Assembly: GCA_023250385.1 (NCBI GenBank)
Contig: JAHFAU010000001.1
Location: 1-56,966 of the forward strand
Direction of reading: 5' to 3'
Length of the DNA: 56,966 bases
From: Anaerolineales bacterium
GTDB taxonomy: Bacteria > Chloroflexota > Anaerolineae > Anaerolineales > E44-bin32
Positions 27,640 to 37,576 of the stretch are shown here, one piece after another; positions within the stretch are counted from its first letter, which is position 1; each line of letters starts with the position of its first letter. The position numbers were made by a program, and so were the translations under genes. The notes below the pieces were generated by a model, which saw only the letters and a list, made by a program, of their open reading frames with translations, did not search any database and was not told the DNA's origin.

Positions 27640-28014
27640 TTAATTCGGCAGCAATCGGCCAGCCAGCGGGGGAGCCAGGAGGAGCACACCAACCACGGCG
27701 GCACCAATCGCGGCCACCAAGACCGCCGCCGCGCTTAAGTCCTTGGCGGTCCGAGCCAGCGGTTGCCATTCCGGACTCGCAAGGTCAACCACCGCCTCCA
27801 GGGCGGTGTTGATAAGCTCCGCGGTCCAGACCAGGGCAGCCGTGATAACGAGCAGGGCCCAATCGCCGACCGCGAGCTTCAGCCAGCCCGCCACACCAAT
27901 GACGGTCAGCGTGATGCCCAGATGGATCCGGGCGTTGCGCTGAGTCCGCAACACTTCGCCGATTCCGGAGATCGCATGCCGAAACGAGGTCAGGAGCGGG
28001 CGACGAGTATGCAC
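27640..28014 (-). CDS. dgkA: Diacylglycerol/undecaprenol kinase
   Basis: 124 aa, 3 TM: FRHAISGI...RNARIH...ELINTALEAVVD. Confidence 0.85.
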   Translation of the reverse strand: MHTRRPLLTSFRHAISGIGEVLRTQRNARIHLGITLTVIGVAGWLKLAVGDWALLVITAALVWTAELINTALEAVVDLASPEWQPLARTAKDLSAAAVLVAAIGAAVVGVLLLAPPLAGRLLPN

Positions 28015-28023
28015 GGGCCGCTC

Positions 28024-28473
28024 TCAGGGCGGCTGAACCAGGCTCCCTAGCCGGCGTAGGATCCTGGCTTGAGCCTCCCACATCTGCGCTTGATGTTCTG
28101 GGTTGTCGTGGTCGTGATCCAGGAGATGCAGCACGCCGTGAACAGTCAGCAGGGCGAGCTCGTCAAGCAAGCTGTGCTGGCCGCGGGCTGCGCCCGCCAG
28201 CGCGACCGGTGGGCAGAGAATCACATCTCCGAGGTACAGCCGACCCGACTCGGGGTCCGGTTGCCCATCCGGGAAGGCAAGTACGTCGGTAGCTTGGTTC
28301 AGCCCGGCGAACTCCAGGTTAAGTGCCGACATTCCTGCTTCATCGGTCATTACCACCGTGAGGCCGGCATCCGTGACTCCTTGGTCCTGGAGGGTGGCCT
28401 CGGCGGCCGCTCGGAGGGCCTGGCTAAAGCCCTTCCCTGCTGGGCCCGGCTCGACCAGGATATCGAGGGTCAC
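28024..28473 (-). CDS. ybeY: rRNA maturation RNase YbeY
   Basis: HGVLHLLDHDH zinc motif. The GTG start overlaps the pgpH stop (GTGA). Confidence 0.9.
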   Translation of the reverse strand: MTLDILVEPGPAGKGFSQALRAAAEATLQDQGVTDAGLTVVMTDEAGMSALNLEFAGLNQATDVLAFPDGQPDPESGRLYLGDVILCPPVALAGAARGQHSLLDELALLTVHGVLHLLDHDHDNPEHQAQMWEAQARILRRLGSLVQPP

Positions 28474-30677
28474 CGCTCCTGGCGTTCACGGACCGGAGAG
28501 AGCTGCTGCCTGGTATCCGCCGCTGCCGGCCGGGTACCCGGACCCTCCGAAGGTGGAGTCACGGCCGGCGGGCTCGGGGCCGCTTCTCGACCAGGGGCGT
28601 CGGCTGGATAGCGGATGCGGGGGTGGTAAATGCTGCGCAGCGTCGTCACGAAGGATCGCTGGATGGCGTCCAGATCTTTCAGTGTCAAGTCCGTCCGAGC
28701 CAGCTGGCCGGAGGCGAGCCGATCTTCAATAACCCAGGCCACCGCCTCGCCCATTGCGGCCTCGTCTTCCGGCATGTCGGCCCGGATCTTGGCCTCTACA
28801 CCGTCGGCTAGCATCAAGATCGCGGTCTCCTTCGAGCGCGGCCTGGGTCCTGGGTAGGTAAAGTCCCGCGGGGCAATGCTTTCCGCATTGCCGCCGGCCG
28901 CCTCCCGGGCGGCATGAAACTGGTAGGTTGTGAGCATCTTGCCGTGGTGTTCGGGGATGAAATCGGCAACCACTTTTGGCAGGCGGTACTTGCGGGCCAG
29001 TTCGAGGCCTGCCGGAACGTGAGCCAGGATCATGCTTGCGCTGGTCGCGGGATCCAGCTGCTCGTGGATATTGTGGCCGGAAAGCTGATTCTCGATGAAG
29101 AATTGTGGCTGTGCGGACTTACCCACGTCGTGATAGAGAGCCCCGACCCGGGTCAACAATGCGTTGGCTCCGATTGAACGAGCGGCTTGTTCGGCCAGGT
29201 TGGCTACCTGCAAACTGTGCTGATAGGTCCCCGGAGCCGACCGGAGCAGCAGCTGAAGCAGCGGATGATCAGGGCGGGAAAGCTCAATAAGCTGGAGATT
29301 CGTGGTGATGCCAAGCAGGTTGCCGATCAGTACCAAGAGCCCGAACACCAGGCTGGCCGAGAACAAACCCGTCGCAAGCGCAGCCCCCAACAGCGAGGCC
29401 TTTCCAATCGTGTCGGTGGCTGGATCAGGAAAGCGGAAGGCAACCACCACCGCAACCGCAGCCAGGTCTGCCGCCAGCCCCGACCAGACGAAAATGCTCA
29501 ACCTTTCTGCCCGACCAATGGTCAGAGCACCCAAAACCCCACCAAGCATGTAATACAAGCTGAGCTCAAGCCCACGCTGCGCTGCAAGCCCGCCAAGGGT
29601 GCCGAGCACCAGGGCGGCCATGACACCCATTCCCGGCCCAACCAAAATCGCCATGAGCATCGGAATCATTGCGACCGGGAACAGGTAGGGCAGTATGGTC
29701 CGCTCGGGGATTGCGAAACCCATCCCCAGGGCGGTGATAACGAAGAGCAACGCGGCCAGACCGACGAGCCGCAGGCTTCCAACGAATTCGGGGTAGGCCC
29801 GATGGGCGAAGATGGCCGTCGCAGCTCCCAACACGGCTACGATCAGTCCATGTACCGCCAGACCTTGCAATCGATTCGGCGGCGCAAGCAGCCCGAATTT
29901 GCTCAGAGCCTCGATCTCAAGCTCGCCGACCACCTGACCGCGGGTGACGATGGTCTCCCCGAGGGCAAATGTGCGATTGACCGCGGCGACCGAATCCCGG
30001 GCCTCTTGCCGGGCGAATTGGGTCGAGCTGGCGTTGTAGAGAGCATTGGGGGCGACAAAGGGTCCAACCAGTTCGACCACCAGATTGGCCTGGTCTTCGG
30101 CCATGCTGATGCTGACCAGGGTCGGTAGCCCCCTGCGCGCGTCTTCGAGCCTGCCTTCGCGGATCTCCCCTCGCATCACCTGTTCAAGGACCGAGCTGGC
30201 CTCCAGGCGAACAGCTTCCCAGCGGGTGGGCGATAGTCTGAAAATCGTCCGAGCTGCCTCGGGGGAAAGTTGAACTTCCGAAAGCTTCGATAAGTCCTGC
30301 AGCCGCTGCTCGGCAGAGACGGAGGTATCCGCTCGAACGGCTGCGATGTAGTCCAGGGTAGTGTTCAATTGCTCGAGTTGCTGACGGGCGATCGCGCTGT
30401 CCGGCGGGTCGAAGACTTCGGCGACCGCACTCTCAGCCGCGGACCGACTCTGTTCGGTGAGCACCTTGCTTTCATAGGACAAGGCGAAGGGGGCCAGCAG
30501 GTCTTGCGACGACACGTCCCCGACCTCCAGGCCCAGGGCCGATCCGTCTTGGAGAGTGCCAACGGAGATGCCCGCCAGAGTTCCAAGGACCCCTAGAGTC
30601 AGAATCAGCCAGAGCCGGGTCGCACCCCAGACTCGAACCAGCCGTCTTCTCAGGCTCAGGCTATCGGGGGATTCCAT
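28470..30677 (-). CDS. 7TM-HD (HDIG) membrane phosphohydrolase, PgpH/YqfF family
   Basis: 735 aa with an extracellular domain, 7 TM helices, and an HD domain (HSLQVANLAE...LYHDVGK). Canonical position upstream of ybeY-dgkA. Confidence 0.85.
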   Translation of the reverse strand: MESPDSLSLRRRLVRVWGATRLWLILTLGVLGTLAGISVGTLQDGSALGLEVGDVSSQDLLAPFALSYESKVLTEQSRSAAESAVAEVFDPPDSAIARQQLEQLNTTLDYIAAVRADTSVSAEQRLQDLSKLSEVQLSPEAARTIFRLSPTRWEAVRLEASSVLEQVMRGEIREGRLEDARRGLPTLVSISMAEDQANLVVELVGPFVAPNALYNASSTQFARQEARDSVAAVNRTFALGETIVTRGQVVGELEIEALSKFGLLAPPNRLQGLAVHGLIVAVLGAATAIFAHRAYPEFVGSLRLVGLAALLFVITALGMGFAIPERTILPYLFPVAMIPMLMAILVGPGMGVMAALVLGTLGGLAAQRGLELSLYYMLGGVLGALTIGRAERLSIFVWSGLAADLAAVAVVVAFRFPDPATDTIGKASLLGAALATGLFSASLVFGLLVLIGNLLGITTNLQLIELSRPDHPLLQLLLRSAPGTYQHSLQVANLAEQAARSIGANALLTRVGALYHDVGKSAQPQFFIENQLSGHNIHEQLDPATSASMILAHVPAGLELARKYRLPKVVADFIPEHHGKMLTTYQFHAAREAAGGNAESIAPRDFTYPGPRPRSKETAILMLADGVEAKIRADMPEDEAAMGEAVAWVIEDRLASGQLARTDLTLKDLDAIQRSFVTTLRSIYHPRIRYPADAPGREAAPSPPAVTPPSEGPGTRPAAADTRQQLSPVRERQER

Positions 30678-30683
30678 GCCGGG

Positions 30684-31133
30684 TCAGGAAGGTTTGAGCA
30701 AGTTGCGGACCGCCTGGCTAACCGTCTTGCCGTCGGCGCGCCCCTGCACGGTGGGAACAAGGGCCTTCATCACCAGCCCCATCTGGTCGGGTCCGCTGGC
30801 GCCGACCTCCCGGATGGCACGCAGTACCAGCTCGTCAAGCTCTCGCTCGGAAAGTTGCCGGGGAAGGTAGGTCTCAAGGAAAGCAAGCTCGGCCTGAGCC
30901 GCTTGGACCAAGGCCTGCCGGCCGGCTCGCTCGGCGTCGGCGATGGTCTCACGACGGCCTTTCGCCTCCTTTTGCAGCAGCCCGAGGGCGCCCGCTTCAT
31001 CCAGTGGGCCGCCGAGTTCGACTTCCGCCAGCTTCCAGGCCGTCAAAATCATTCTCAGGGTCCGCTTGGCAACATCGTCGGCGGCGCGAATCGCTTCGAG
31101 CAGCCGGGCTTCCAATGCAGGCTTCGTTACCAC
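30684..31133 (-). CDS. GatB/YqeY domain protein
   Basis: LLQKEAKGRRETIADAERAGRQ...FLETYLPRQLSERELDELV...MGLVMKAL. Confidence 0.85.
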   Translation of the reverse strand: MVTKPALEARLLEAIRAADDVAKRTLRMILTAWKLAEVELGGPLDEAGALGLLQKEAKGRRETIADAERAGRQALVQAAQAELAFLETYLPRQLSERELDELVLRAIREVGASGPDQMGLVMKALVPTVQGRADGKTVSQAVRNLLKPS

Positions 31134-31225
31134 GCCGCGATTATACAGCAGCGACCTAAAGCGGCCGTCACAAGCACTGTAAGCAAGGTCGTGAATAACA
31201 TAAGTGAGGCCGAACTGCGCTTGGG

Positions 31226-31876
31226 TTAGGGGGTGGGCTGCAGGACAGAGAAATTGTCGAACAGCACATCGGTACCGGGGAGCTCATAGGTCCCGGCGAT
31301 CAGCCCGATGTCTCCGCTCTGCCACTCGGCGGCCTGGGCTTCGGCCACCGGCCGGCCGTTGACGAAGAGTGACAAGCGGTAGCCATCACAATCTGCCCGC
31401 AAGTGGTTTGAGCCTTGCCCGCGCTGGACCGCCTCCGAGGGCAGCAAGCTCTTGTCGCTTAACAGCCGGCGCCTGCCGTCCTTGTAGACTCCGATCCCGG
31501 CGTAGCCGTCGCTGGAAGCGAGGAAGAAGTAGAAATTCCGTGAATCCTGGTACCGGCAGAGCACTCCGAAGACATTGTTGTCGGGGCCGCCGACTTTGGT
31601 TACGTCCACTTCAATCCGCACATCCGAGAGGGTCAGGTCGGGATTGGCCCAGGCGTCGGTGTTGGGATCTAAGATATTGATCCGGTAGGACCCCTCGGCG
31701 TAGTCCGACAGATAGGTGGTGTCGTGGTAGCGATCCCAGCCGCTGGTCGGGCGGGAGAAGTCATCCTGGAAGATCACCTGCCCGGGATCTACCCGTGGGG
31801 CCAGGCCTTGGCAGGCGGCGAGCAGCAAGCCGGCCGGCAGGAACCACCTACTCGGCACTAGGCGACGGTCACCCAT
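31226..31876 (-). CDS. Predicted lipoprotein with a concanavalin-like (DUF1080/LamG-like) fold
   Basis: Lipobox-like LLLAAC. The pattern FQDDFS...GW...Y..NG...VFGVLCRY......YFF and the C-terminal LFDNFSV are typical of glucanase/lectin-fold proteins. Confidence 0.55.
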   Translation of the reverse strand: MGDRRLVPSRWFLPAGLLLAACQGLAPRVDPGQVIFQDDFSRPTSGWDRYHDTTYLSDYAEGSYRINILDPNTDAWANPDLTLSDVRIEVDVTKVGGPDNNVFGVLCRYQDSRNFYFFLASSDGYAGIGVYKDGRRRLLSDKSLLPSEAVQRGQGSNHLRADCDGYRLSLFVNGRPVAEAQAAEWQSGDIGLIAGTYELPGTDVLFDNFSVLQPTP

Positions 31877-31877
31877 C

Positions 31878-33326
31878 TTAAGGAGTCAGATTCTCAAGGG
31901 ATCGCTGCGCCAAACTTCCTACCCATCCGCCCTCATCCAGCCGAGCGGCGGCTTGTAGGGCCCGGCGCCCAGAGGCGAGGTCGCCGAGCACAAGCTGTAG
32001 AAGGCCGAGGTGATAATGGGCAGCGGCCAGCGATGGGTCCGCTTCAATCGCCCGGGAAAGCAGTCGCCCCGCCAAGTTCCAGTTCCCAAGCAGGTAATGG
32101 CAGAAACCGAGCAAGTCGAGTGCGGTCGCCTGCCCAGGATCGAGCAGCACGATCCGACGGGCCGCCGGGAGTCCGAGGGTTTCGACTTCGATTTCGTGAT
32201 CGACAGAAAACTGCGCTAGAACAGTCCAGTAGAACGGGTCTTCGGGCGCCAGGTCGGTGGCGTGCAAGTAAGCAGCCTTGGCGGAGATCAAATCGCCGGA
32301 AGCGAGGTAGGCCGTGCCGAGATCAACCGCGATCAGCGGGTCGTCCGGGGCGAGCTCGGCCGCCCTTTCGAAGGCCCGCAGGGCCTGGGCCGGATCGCCG
32401 TTGAATCGCCAGTGGCGGCCGAGTAGCTCCTGCGGGAGGGCAGCCTCTGGCGCCTCCTCGGCTGCGCGGGCCAGATCGTCGAAGCCATCTGCCCCGGCCT
32501 GATCCAGCGACAGGCCGAGATAGGCCCGCGCCTCGGTATAGTCCGGCCGGATGGCCAGAGCATTGGAGAACGCCTCTCCCGCCAGGGCCCATTCCCCGGA
32601 TCTGGCCATGAACTGCCCGACCTGAGCGAGGCTGAACGATAGATCGGGATGAGACCGGGCTCGTTCGATGACTCCGGTTAACTGGTTGAGGTAGTCGGCG
32701 GACCGAGGGTCATATTCGGCCGCCAATGCCAGGTGGCTGAGGGCGAGCTCGGGCCGCCGAACGGCCTGCCATTGACCCAGCCGGAAATGAGCCCAGGCAG
32801 GCTGCAGGGCAGCCATCTGCTCCAAGAGGGGGAGCCCCGCTTCGAGCTGGCCGGACTGCATGAAACTGTCGATCGCGGCCTCGAGTTGGGGGACTTGGGC
32901 CAGACACCCGGATTGCGCTGCACCGAGACGCTCGACCGCCTCGGAAAGCTCGCCGAGAGCGAGGCTCACCTCGACCTCCAAGCACTCGCTCTCTCCGCCC
33001 GGCCCAGACCGTGCGTCCAAGTGCGCTCGCGCCTCGACCGGAGCGCCGAGCATTACCGCGGAGTGCGCCGCGAGCAGGTGGGCGGCGGACAGGTCCGGCT
33101 CGAGCGCCAAGGCCCGCTCAAACTCGCTCAGGGCCAGCCCGGGAAGTCCGGATTGAAGCGAGAGGACACCGGCCTGAAGTTGCTCAGCGACTTCAACTGA
33201 GGCTGGAGTGGGGGCCAGTGCCAAGATCAGCCCGATGGATAGCGCGAGCGGTACCGCGCGAGGGCCCAGCCATTCCATGGCGGGGATTATAGCGGGGGGC
33301 ATGCGGCTGAGCAGCAAGTACCCCAA
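31878..33326 (-). CDS. Tetratricopeptide-repeat protein (secreted or membrane-anchored)
   Basis: N-terminal hydrophobic segment, then many A/L-rich 34-aa TPR-like repeats. The stop is 1 nt from the next start. An alternative start is possible at M17. Confidence 0.7.
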   Translation of the reverse strand: MGYLLLSRMPPAIIPAMEWLGPRAVPLALSIGLILALAPTPASVEVAEQLQAGVLSLQSGLPGLALSEFERALALEPDLSAAHLLAAHSAVMLGAPVEARAHLDARSGPGGESECLEVEVSLALGELSEAVERLGAAQSGCLAQVPQLEAAIDSFMQSGQLEAGLPLLEQMAALQPAWAHFRLGQWQAVRRPELALSHLALAAEYDPRSADYLNQLTGVIERARSHPDLSFSLAQVGQFMARSGEWALAGEAFSNALAIRPDYTEARAYLGLSLDQAGADGFDDLARAAEEAPEAALPQELLGRHWRFNGDPAQALRAFERAAELAPDDPLIAVDLGTAYLASGDLISAKAAYLHATDLAPEDPFYWTVLAQFSVDHEIEVETLGLPAARRIVLLDPGQATALDLLGFCHYLLGNWNLAGRLLSRAIEADPSLAAAHYHLGLLQLVLGDLASGRRALQAAARLDEGGWVGSLAQRSLENLTP

Positions 33327-33364
33327 GGCTATAATTGCGGGCGAATTTGCGGGAGACTACCAGT

Positions 33365-34600
33365 ATGGACTTCAGCCTCGGGCCTGAACACCAAATGGTC
33401 CAGAAGATGGTACGCGAGTTTGCTCAGAAGGAAGTCGCACCCTTCATTCAGGAGTGGGACCGCAAACAACAGATGTCTCCGGAGGTGCTGCCCAGGATGG
33501 GCAAACTTGGGATTCTCGGCATCTGCTTCCCGATCAGCCTTGGTGGGCAGGGGTTGGATTTCATCTCCTTGGGGCTGGCCTGCGAGGAGTTGGAGGCGGT
33601 TGATACAACCCTACGAGTCGTGATGTCGGTTCACGTCGGGTTGTGCGGCCTCAGTCTGCTGCAGTGGGGAACCGAGGCCCAACAGCAGGAGTTCCTCATT
33701 CCTCTGGCCCGCGGGGAGAAGATCGGCTGCGGGGCCTTCTCGGAATCCGGCGCGGGATCGGATGTTGCTAATCTGCAAACTACCGCAAAGCAGGATGGAA
33801 CCGATTACCTGCTGAACGGCGAGAAGATGTGGATATCGCTAGCTAGTAAGGCAGACTTCGCCCTGCTCACCGCCCGCACCGACTCGAACCCCAAAAGGCG
33901 CAGCCAGGGCCTGTCCTCCTTTATTGTGGATCTCCACAGCGCAGGCGTCACGACTGGCGATATCAAAGGCAAGCTCGGAGTGCGGGCCGGCTCGACCGGT
34001 TGGATTTCGCTGCAGGATGTGCGGGTGCCGAAGGAAAGCCGGCTCGGGGAGCAAGGCGAAGGCTTCAAGATAACGATGTCTGCATTCGACAGCGGTCGCT
34101 ACACGGTCGCCGCCGGGGCCGCCGGACTGATTCGGGCCTGCCTGGAAGCCAGTGTGGCTTACGCCAAGGAACGCAAGACCTTCGGGCAGCCGATCGCGGA
34201 GCACCAGCTTGTCCAGGCCAAGATTGCCCGCATGGCTAGCGACTATGAAATCGCCAAGCTGCTGTATTTGAAAGTCGGCTGGATGAAGAATCAGGGCGTT
34301 CGGAACACGTATGAGACGTCGATGGCCAAGCAGTTCGCGACCGATGCTTCCTTTAACGCCGCCTCCGAGGCGATCGCGGTGCACGGGAGCTATGGCTACA
34401 GCGACGAATTCGTCGTGGAGCGCTACTTGCGCAACGCGCGGGGGGCGATGATCTACGAGGGGACCAATGAGATTCACTCCCTCATCCAGGCGGGCTACGC
34501 GCTCGGGAATCGAACCGACAAGGCGCTGCGCCGGGAGATGCCGGCCTACGAGCCGCAGCGGTGGCAGGCCGAGGCCGCCGGCATCCGCGAAGCAACTTAG
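33365..34600 (+). CDS. Acyl-CoA dehydrogenase
   Basis: ATG 33365 after GGGAG. MDFSLGPEHQMVQKMVREFAQKEVAP... and the C-terminal YEGTNEIH motif. Followed by etfBA. Confidence 0.9.
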   Translation: MDFSLGPEHQMVQKMVREFAQKEVAPFIQEWDRKQQMSPEVLPRMGKLGILGICFPISLGGQGLDFISLGLACEELEAVDTTLRVVMSVHVGLCGLSLLQWGTEAQQQEFLIPLARGEKIGCGAFSESGAGSDVANLQTTAKQDGTDYLLNGEKMWISLASKADFALLTARTDSNPKRRSQGLSSFIVDLHSAGVTTGDIKGKLGVRAGSTGWISLQDVRVPKESRLGEQGEGFKITMSAFDSGRYTVAAGAAGLIRACLEASVAYAKERKTFGQPIAEHQLVQAKIARMASDYEIAKLLYLKVGWMKNQGVRNTYETSMAKQFATDASFNAASEAIAVHGSYGYSDEFVVERYLRNARGAMIYEGTNEIHSLIQAGYALGNRTDKALRREMPAYEPQRWQAEAAGIREAT

Positions 34601-34694
34601 GTGTCCGTCCCGCCTCCGCGGATGCCCGACGCGCTAGCCGGGCCGTGCGGGCGAGCAGCGGAAGGTTCGCCGATATGAAAATAAGGACAGCCCT

Positions 34695-35477
34695 TTGAAA
34701 ATTGTCGTCTGTGTCAAGCAGACGCCGGACACCGCCGCGACCCTGACCGTGGTCGGCGGGGTGGCCTCCTGGGGCGACGCGCCGCTGGTCCTGAATCCCT
34801 GGGACGAATACGCGGTGGAGCAGGCGCTGCGCACCAAGGAAGCGCATGGCGGGAGCGTGACGGCGATGAGCCTTGGCCCGCAGGCGGCCAAGGAGTCTTT
34901 GAAGCAAGCCCTCGCCATGGGCTGCGACGAGGCAATCCTGATCAGCGATCCGGCGTTGGAGAGGGCCGACTCGCTGCTCGCCTCTGCCGCGTTGGCGGCG
35001 GCGATCAAGCGAATCGATGCTCCGGATATTGTTTTCTTTGGAAAGGCGGCCGTCGACACCGATACCGAAGTGACCGGTCCTCAGGTAGCCCGCCGGCTGG
35101 GCTGGCCCTCATTGAACCTGGTGGCCGCAATCAGCGAGCTCGATCCGGCGGCCAAGACCATCACGGTCGAACGCCTGCTGGAGGAGGGCCGCCAGCTCGT
35201 ACGCAGCCCACTTCCGGCAGTAGTGAGCGTCGTGAAAGAGATCAACGAGCCGCGCTACCCATCGTTCATGGGAATCCGAAAGGCCTCCAAGGCGGAGATC
35301 CCGATCTGGAGCGCGAGCGACATTGGCCTGCAGCCGGTCCCCGAGCCAGCGCTGACTTGGCCGGAAGTGATTGCGCCCGTCCGGGCCGAGCAGAGTTGTG
35401 AGTTTGTCTCGGGCGAAACACCCCAGCAGCAGGCCGCTGCCCTGGTGGAGCGACTAATCGAGGAGAAGCTGATCTGA
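34695..35477 (+). CDS. etfB: Electron transfer flavoprotein, beta subunit
   Basis: MKIVVCVKQTPDT... (TTG start). 260 aa. Confidence 0.9.
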   Translation: MKIVVCVKQTPDTAATLTVVGGVASWGDAPLVLNPWDEYAVEQALRTKEAHGGSVTAMSLGPQAAKESLKQALAMGCDEAILISDPALERADSLLASAALAAAIKRIDAPDIVFFGKAAVDTDTEVTGPQVARRLGWPSLNLVAAISELDPAAKTITVERLLEEGRQLVRSPLPAVVSVVKEINEPRYPSFMGIRKASKAEIPIWSASDIGLQPVPEPALTWPEVIAPVRAEQSCEFVSGETPQQQAAALVERLIEEKLI

Positions 35478-36505
35478 TGCTGCTGGTCTACATCGATCAC
35501 TTTGGCGGCAAGCCGCCAGTTGCGGCGTGGGAAGCGCTAGGGGCGGGGAGCCTTTTCGTGACCGGCTCCGATCTCAAGGCAGTGGTGATGGGGAGCGGGG
35601 TGGAAGCTTTGGCAGGCGAAGCGATCGCCCATGGCGCGCACAGCGTGCTGCTCGCTGATGACGACCGCCTGAAGGAATTCCGTCCCGAAGTCTACGCCGA
35701 TGGGCTGAGCCAGATTATCCGGCAGAGCGGGGCTGATATCGTTCTGTTTCCTACCACCAGCCGGGCCCGCGAATTGGCCGCTCTGGTGGCGGTCGACCTC
35801 GATACTGGAATCACGCCCGACGCGATTCAGCTGGTTCGACAGAACGGTGCGATCGTCGCCACCCGCCCAATCTATGCCGGTAAGCTGTTGACGACGGAAG
35901 TCAACCTCGCCCGCCGGCCGCAGCTATTGACCGTTCGCGGCCGATCATTCCCGGCTCCCGACTCCGACCCGACCCGGTCGGGGGAGATTGCCCGAATCGA
36001 GCTGGGCCTTGCACAGCCGCGCACTGAGGTATTGGGCTACAAGCAATCCGGCGGCGGAGTCAGTCTGAGCGATGCCGCGATCATCGTTTCCGGCGGCCGG
36101 GGTGTCGCCAACAACCCTGCTCTGCATCCTCCTCCCGAGCTCACCAATGAAAAGGAGCAGGAGATCTGGCGGGCCCGAGAAGGCTTCAAGCTGGTCGGCG
36201 AGTTGGCGGGAGTCCTGGGCGCCGCAGTAGGGGCCAGTCGGGCGGCTGTCGATGCCGGCTACATTCCGTACGCCCACCAGGTCGGCCAGACCGGGAAGGT
36301 TGTTTCGCCGGACCTCTATATCGCTTGCGGGATATCGGGCGCGATCCAGCACTTAGCCGGAATGCGGACGGCAAAAACAATTGTGGCCATAAACAAAGAC
36401 GCCGACGCCCCAATCTTTAAGCTCGCTCGCTTTGGAGTCGTCGGGGATCTGCACCAGATCCTCCCCGCGTTGACAAGTGCGCTCAGACAGCGCTTGGGAA
36501 AGTAA
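35477..36505 (+). CDS. etfA: Electron transfer flavoprotein, alpha subunit
   Basis: TGATG junction with etfB. C-terminal FAD-binding motifs: [22 protein letters not shown]. Confidence 0.9.
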   Translation: MLLVYIDHFGGKPPVAAWEALGAGSLFVTGSDLKAVVMGSGVEALAGEAIAHGAHSVLLADDDRLKEFRPEVYADGLSQIIRQSGADIVLFPTTSRARELAALVAVDLDTGITPDAIQLVRQNGAIVATRPIYAGKLLTTEVNLARRPQLLTVRGRSFPAPDSDPTRSGEIARIELGLAQPRTEVLGYKQSGGGVSLSDAAIIVSGGRGVANNPALHPPPELTNEKEQEIWRAREGFKLVGELAGVLGAAVGASRAAVDAGYIPYAHQVGQTGKVVSPDLYIACGISGAIQHLAGMRTAKTIVAINKDADAPIFKLARFGVVGDLHQILPALTSALRQRLGK

Positions 36506-36535
36506 TCGGCCCCAGCGGATAGCCGGGGCCGATAG

Positions 36536-36607
36536 CGCCCCTGCGGCGACTCGAACGCCGGCATCTGCCTCCGGAGGGCAGCGCTCTATCCACTGAGCTA
36601 CAGGGGC
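36536..36607 (-). tRNA. tRNA-Arg (anticodon CCG)
   Basis: I folded the 72-nt cloverleaf by hand: GCCCCTG/CAGGGGC acceptor, GCTC/GAGC D stem, CTGCC-CTCCGGA-GGCAG anticodon arm, CGGCG-TTCGAGT-CGCCG T arm. CCA is not encoded. Confidence 0.9.
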
Positions 36608-36637
36608 CAACTTGGATTGTATCCGATTGAGGTGAGC

Positions 36638-37543
36638 ATGGACAAACGGATCGGGTTCATCGGGCTGGGCCTGATGGGAAAGCCGATGTCGCTCAATCTC
36701 ATCAAAGCGGGCTTCGAGCTTACGGTTTACAGCCGGAGTCGCCCGCCTGTTCAGGAACTGGCTGCCGCGGGCGCGGCCGTGGCCAGTTCGCCACGGGAAC
36801 TGGCCGCAGCCTGTTCGATCGTGATCACCTGCCTCCCCGATTCCCCGGATGTCGAGATGGTGGTGCTCGGGAGCTCGGGAATCCTCGAAGGTGCTCAGCC
36901 GGGCAGCTTGTTCATCGATCACAGTACGATCAAGCCGGAAGTGGCGCGCCGGATCGCCGACCGGCTCGCTGAGCACCGGGTGCTGGCACTGGACGCCCCG
37001 GTCTCCGGCGGCGATGTGGGTGCGGTGGCCGGCACGCTGGCGATCATGGTCGGCGGGCCTAAGGAGGCGTTTGAACGGGCCCGGCCGGTGTTCGAGGCGG
37101 AGGGCAAGACCATTACCTATGTTGGCGAGAGCGGAGCCGGGCAGGTGGCTAAGGCTTGCAACCAGATCATGGTGGCGGCTCAGATGGTTGCGATGGGGGA
37201 ATTGCTGCTGCTTGCCCAGAAGTTGGGGGTTTCACCTCTGCGGGTCGTGGAAGCCATCAAGGGCGGCGCGGCGCGGTGTTGGACGCTTGACGTCAAACCC
37301 GCTCGGCTGTTCGCCGGCGAGCGCCAACCCGGGTTCCGGGCCCACCTGATGCACAAGGACCTGGCCATCGTGCTCGACACCGCTCGGGCCTATGGCATGC
37401 CGCTGCCCGCCACCGCGGCGAACATGCAGCTCTTCGAGGCGATGCTGCAGCTCGGGATGCGAGACCTGGACAACTCTGCCGTGATCGGAGTTCTGGAGGC
37501 GATCTCTGGCGAGCGACTGCAAGAAGAAGCTCGCTCGGTCTGA
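36638..37543 (+). CDS. NAD(P)-dependent beta-hydroxyacid dehydrogenase (2-hydroxy-3-oxopropionate / 3-hydroxyisobutyrate reductase family)
   Basis: MDKRIGFIGLGLMGKPMS...DAPVSGG...KACNQI. ATG 36638 after GAGGTGA. Confidence 0.85.
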   Translation: MDKRIGFIGLGLMGKPMSLNLIKAGFELTVYSRSRPPVQELAAAGAAVASSPRELAAACSIVITCLPDSPDVEMVVLGSSGILEGAQPGSLFIDHSTIKPEVARRIADRLAEHRVLALDAPVSGGDVGAVAGTLAIMVGGPKEAFERARPVFEAEGKTITYVGESGAGQVAKACNQIMVAAQMVAMGELLLLAQKLGVSPLRVVEAIKGGAARCWTLDVKPARLFAGERQPGFRAHLMHKDLAIVLDTARAYGMPLPATAANMQLFEAMLQLGMRDLDNSAVIGVLEAISGERLQEEARSV

Positions 37544-37576
37544 GGTCGCCTGTTGAGACGACCGGCGGCCGGGAGA

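Noticed and set aside
36508-36530. The hairpin CGGCCCC-N9-GGGGCCG just after etfA as a terminator.
   Set aside because: No U-tract follows on either strand and it abuts the tRNA-Arg 3' end. The evidence is too weak to annotate.
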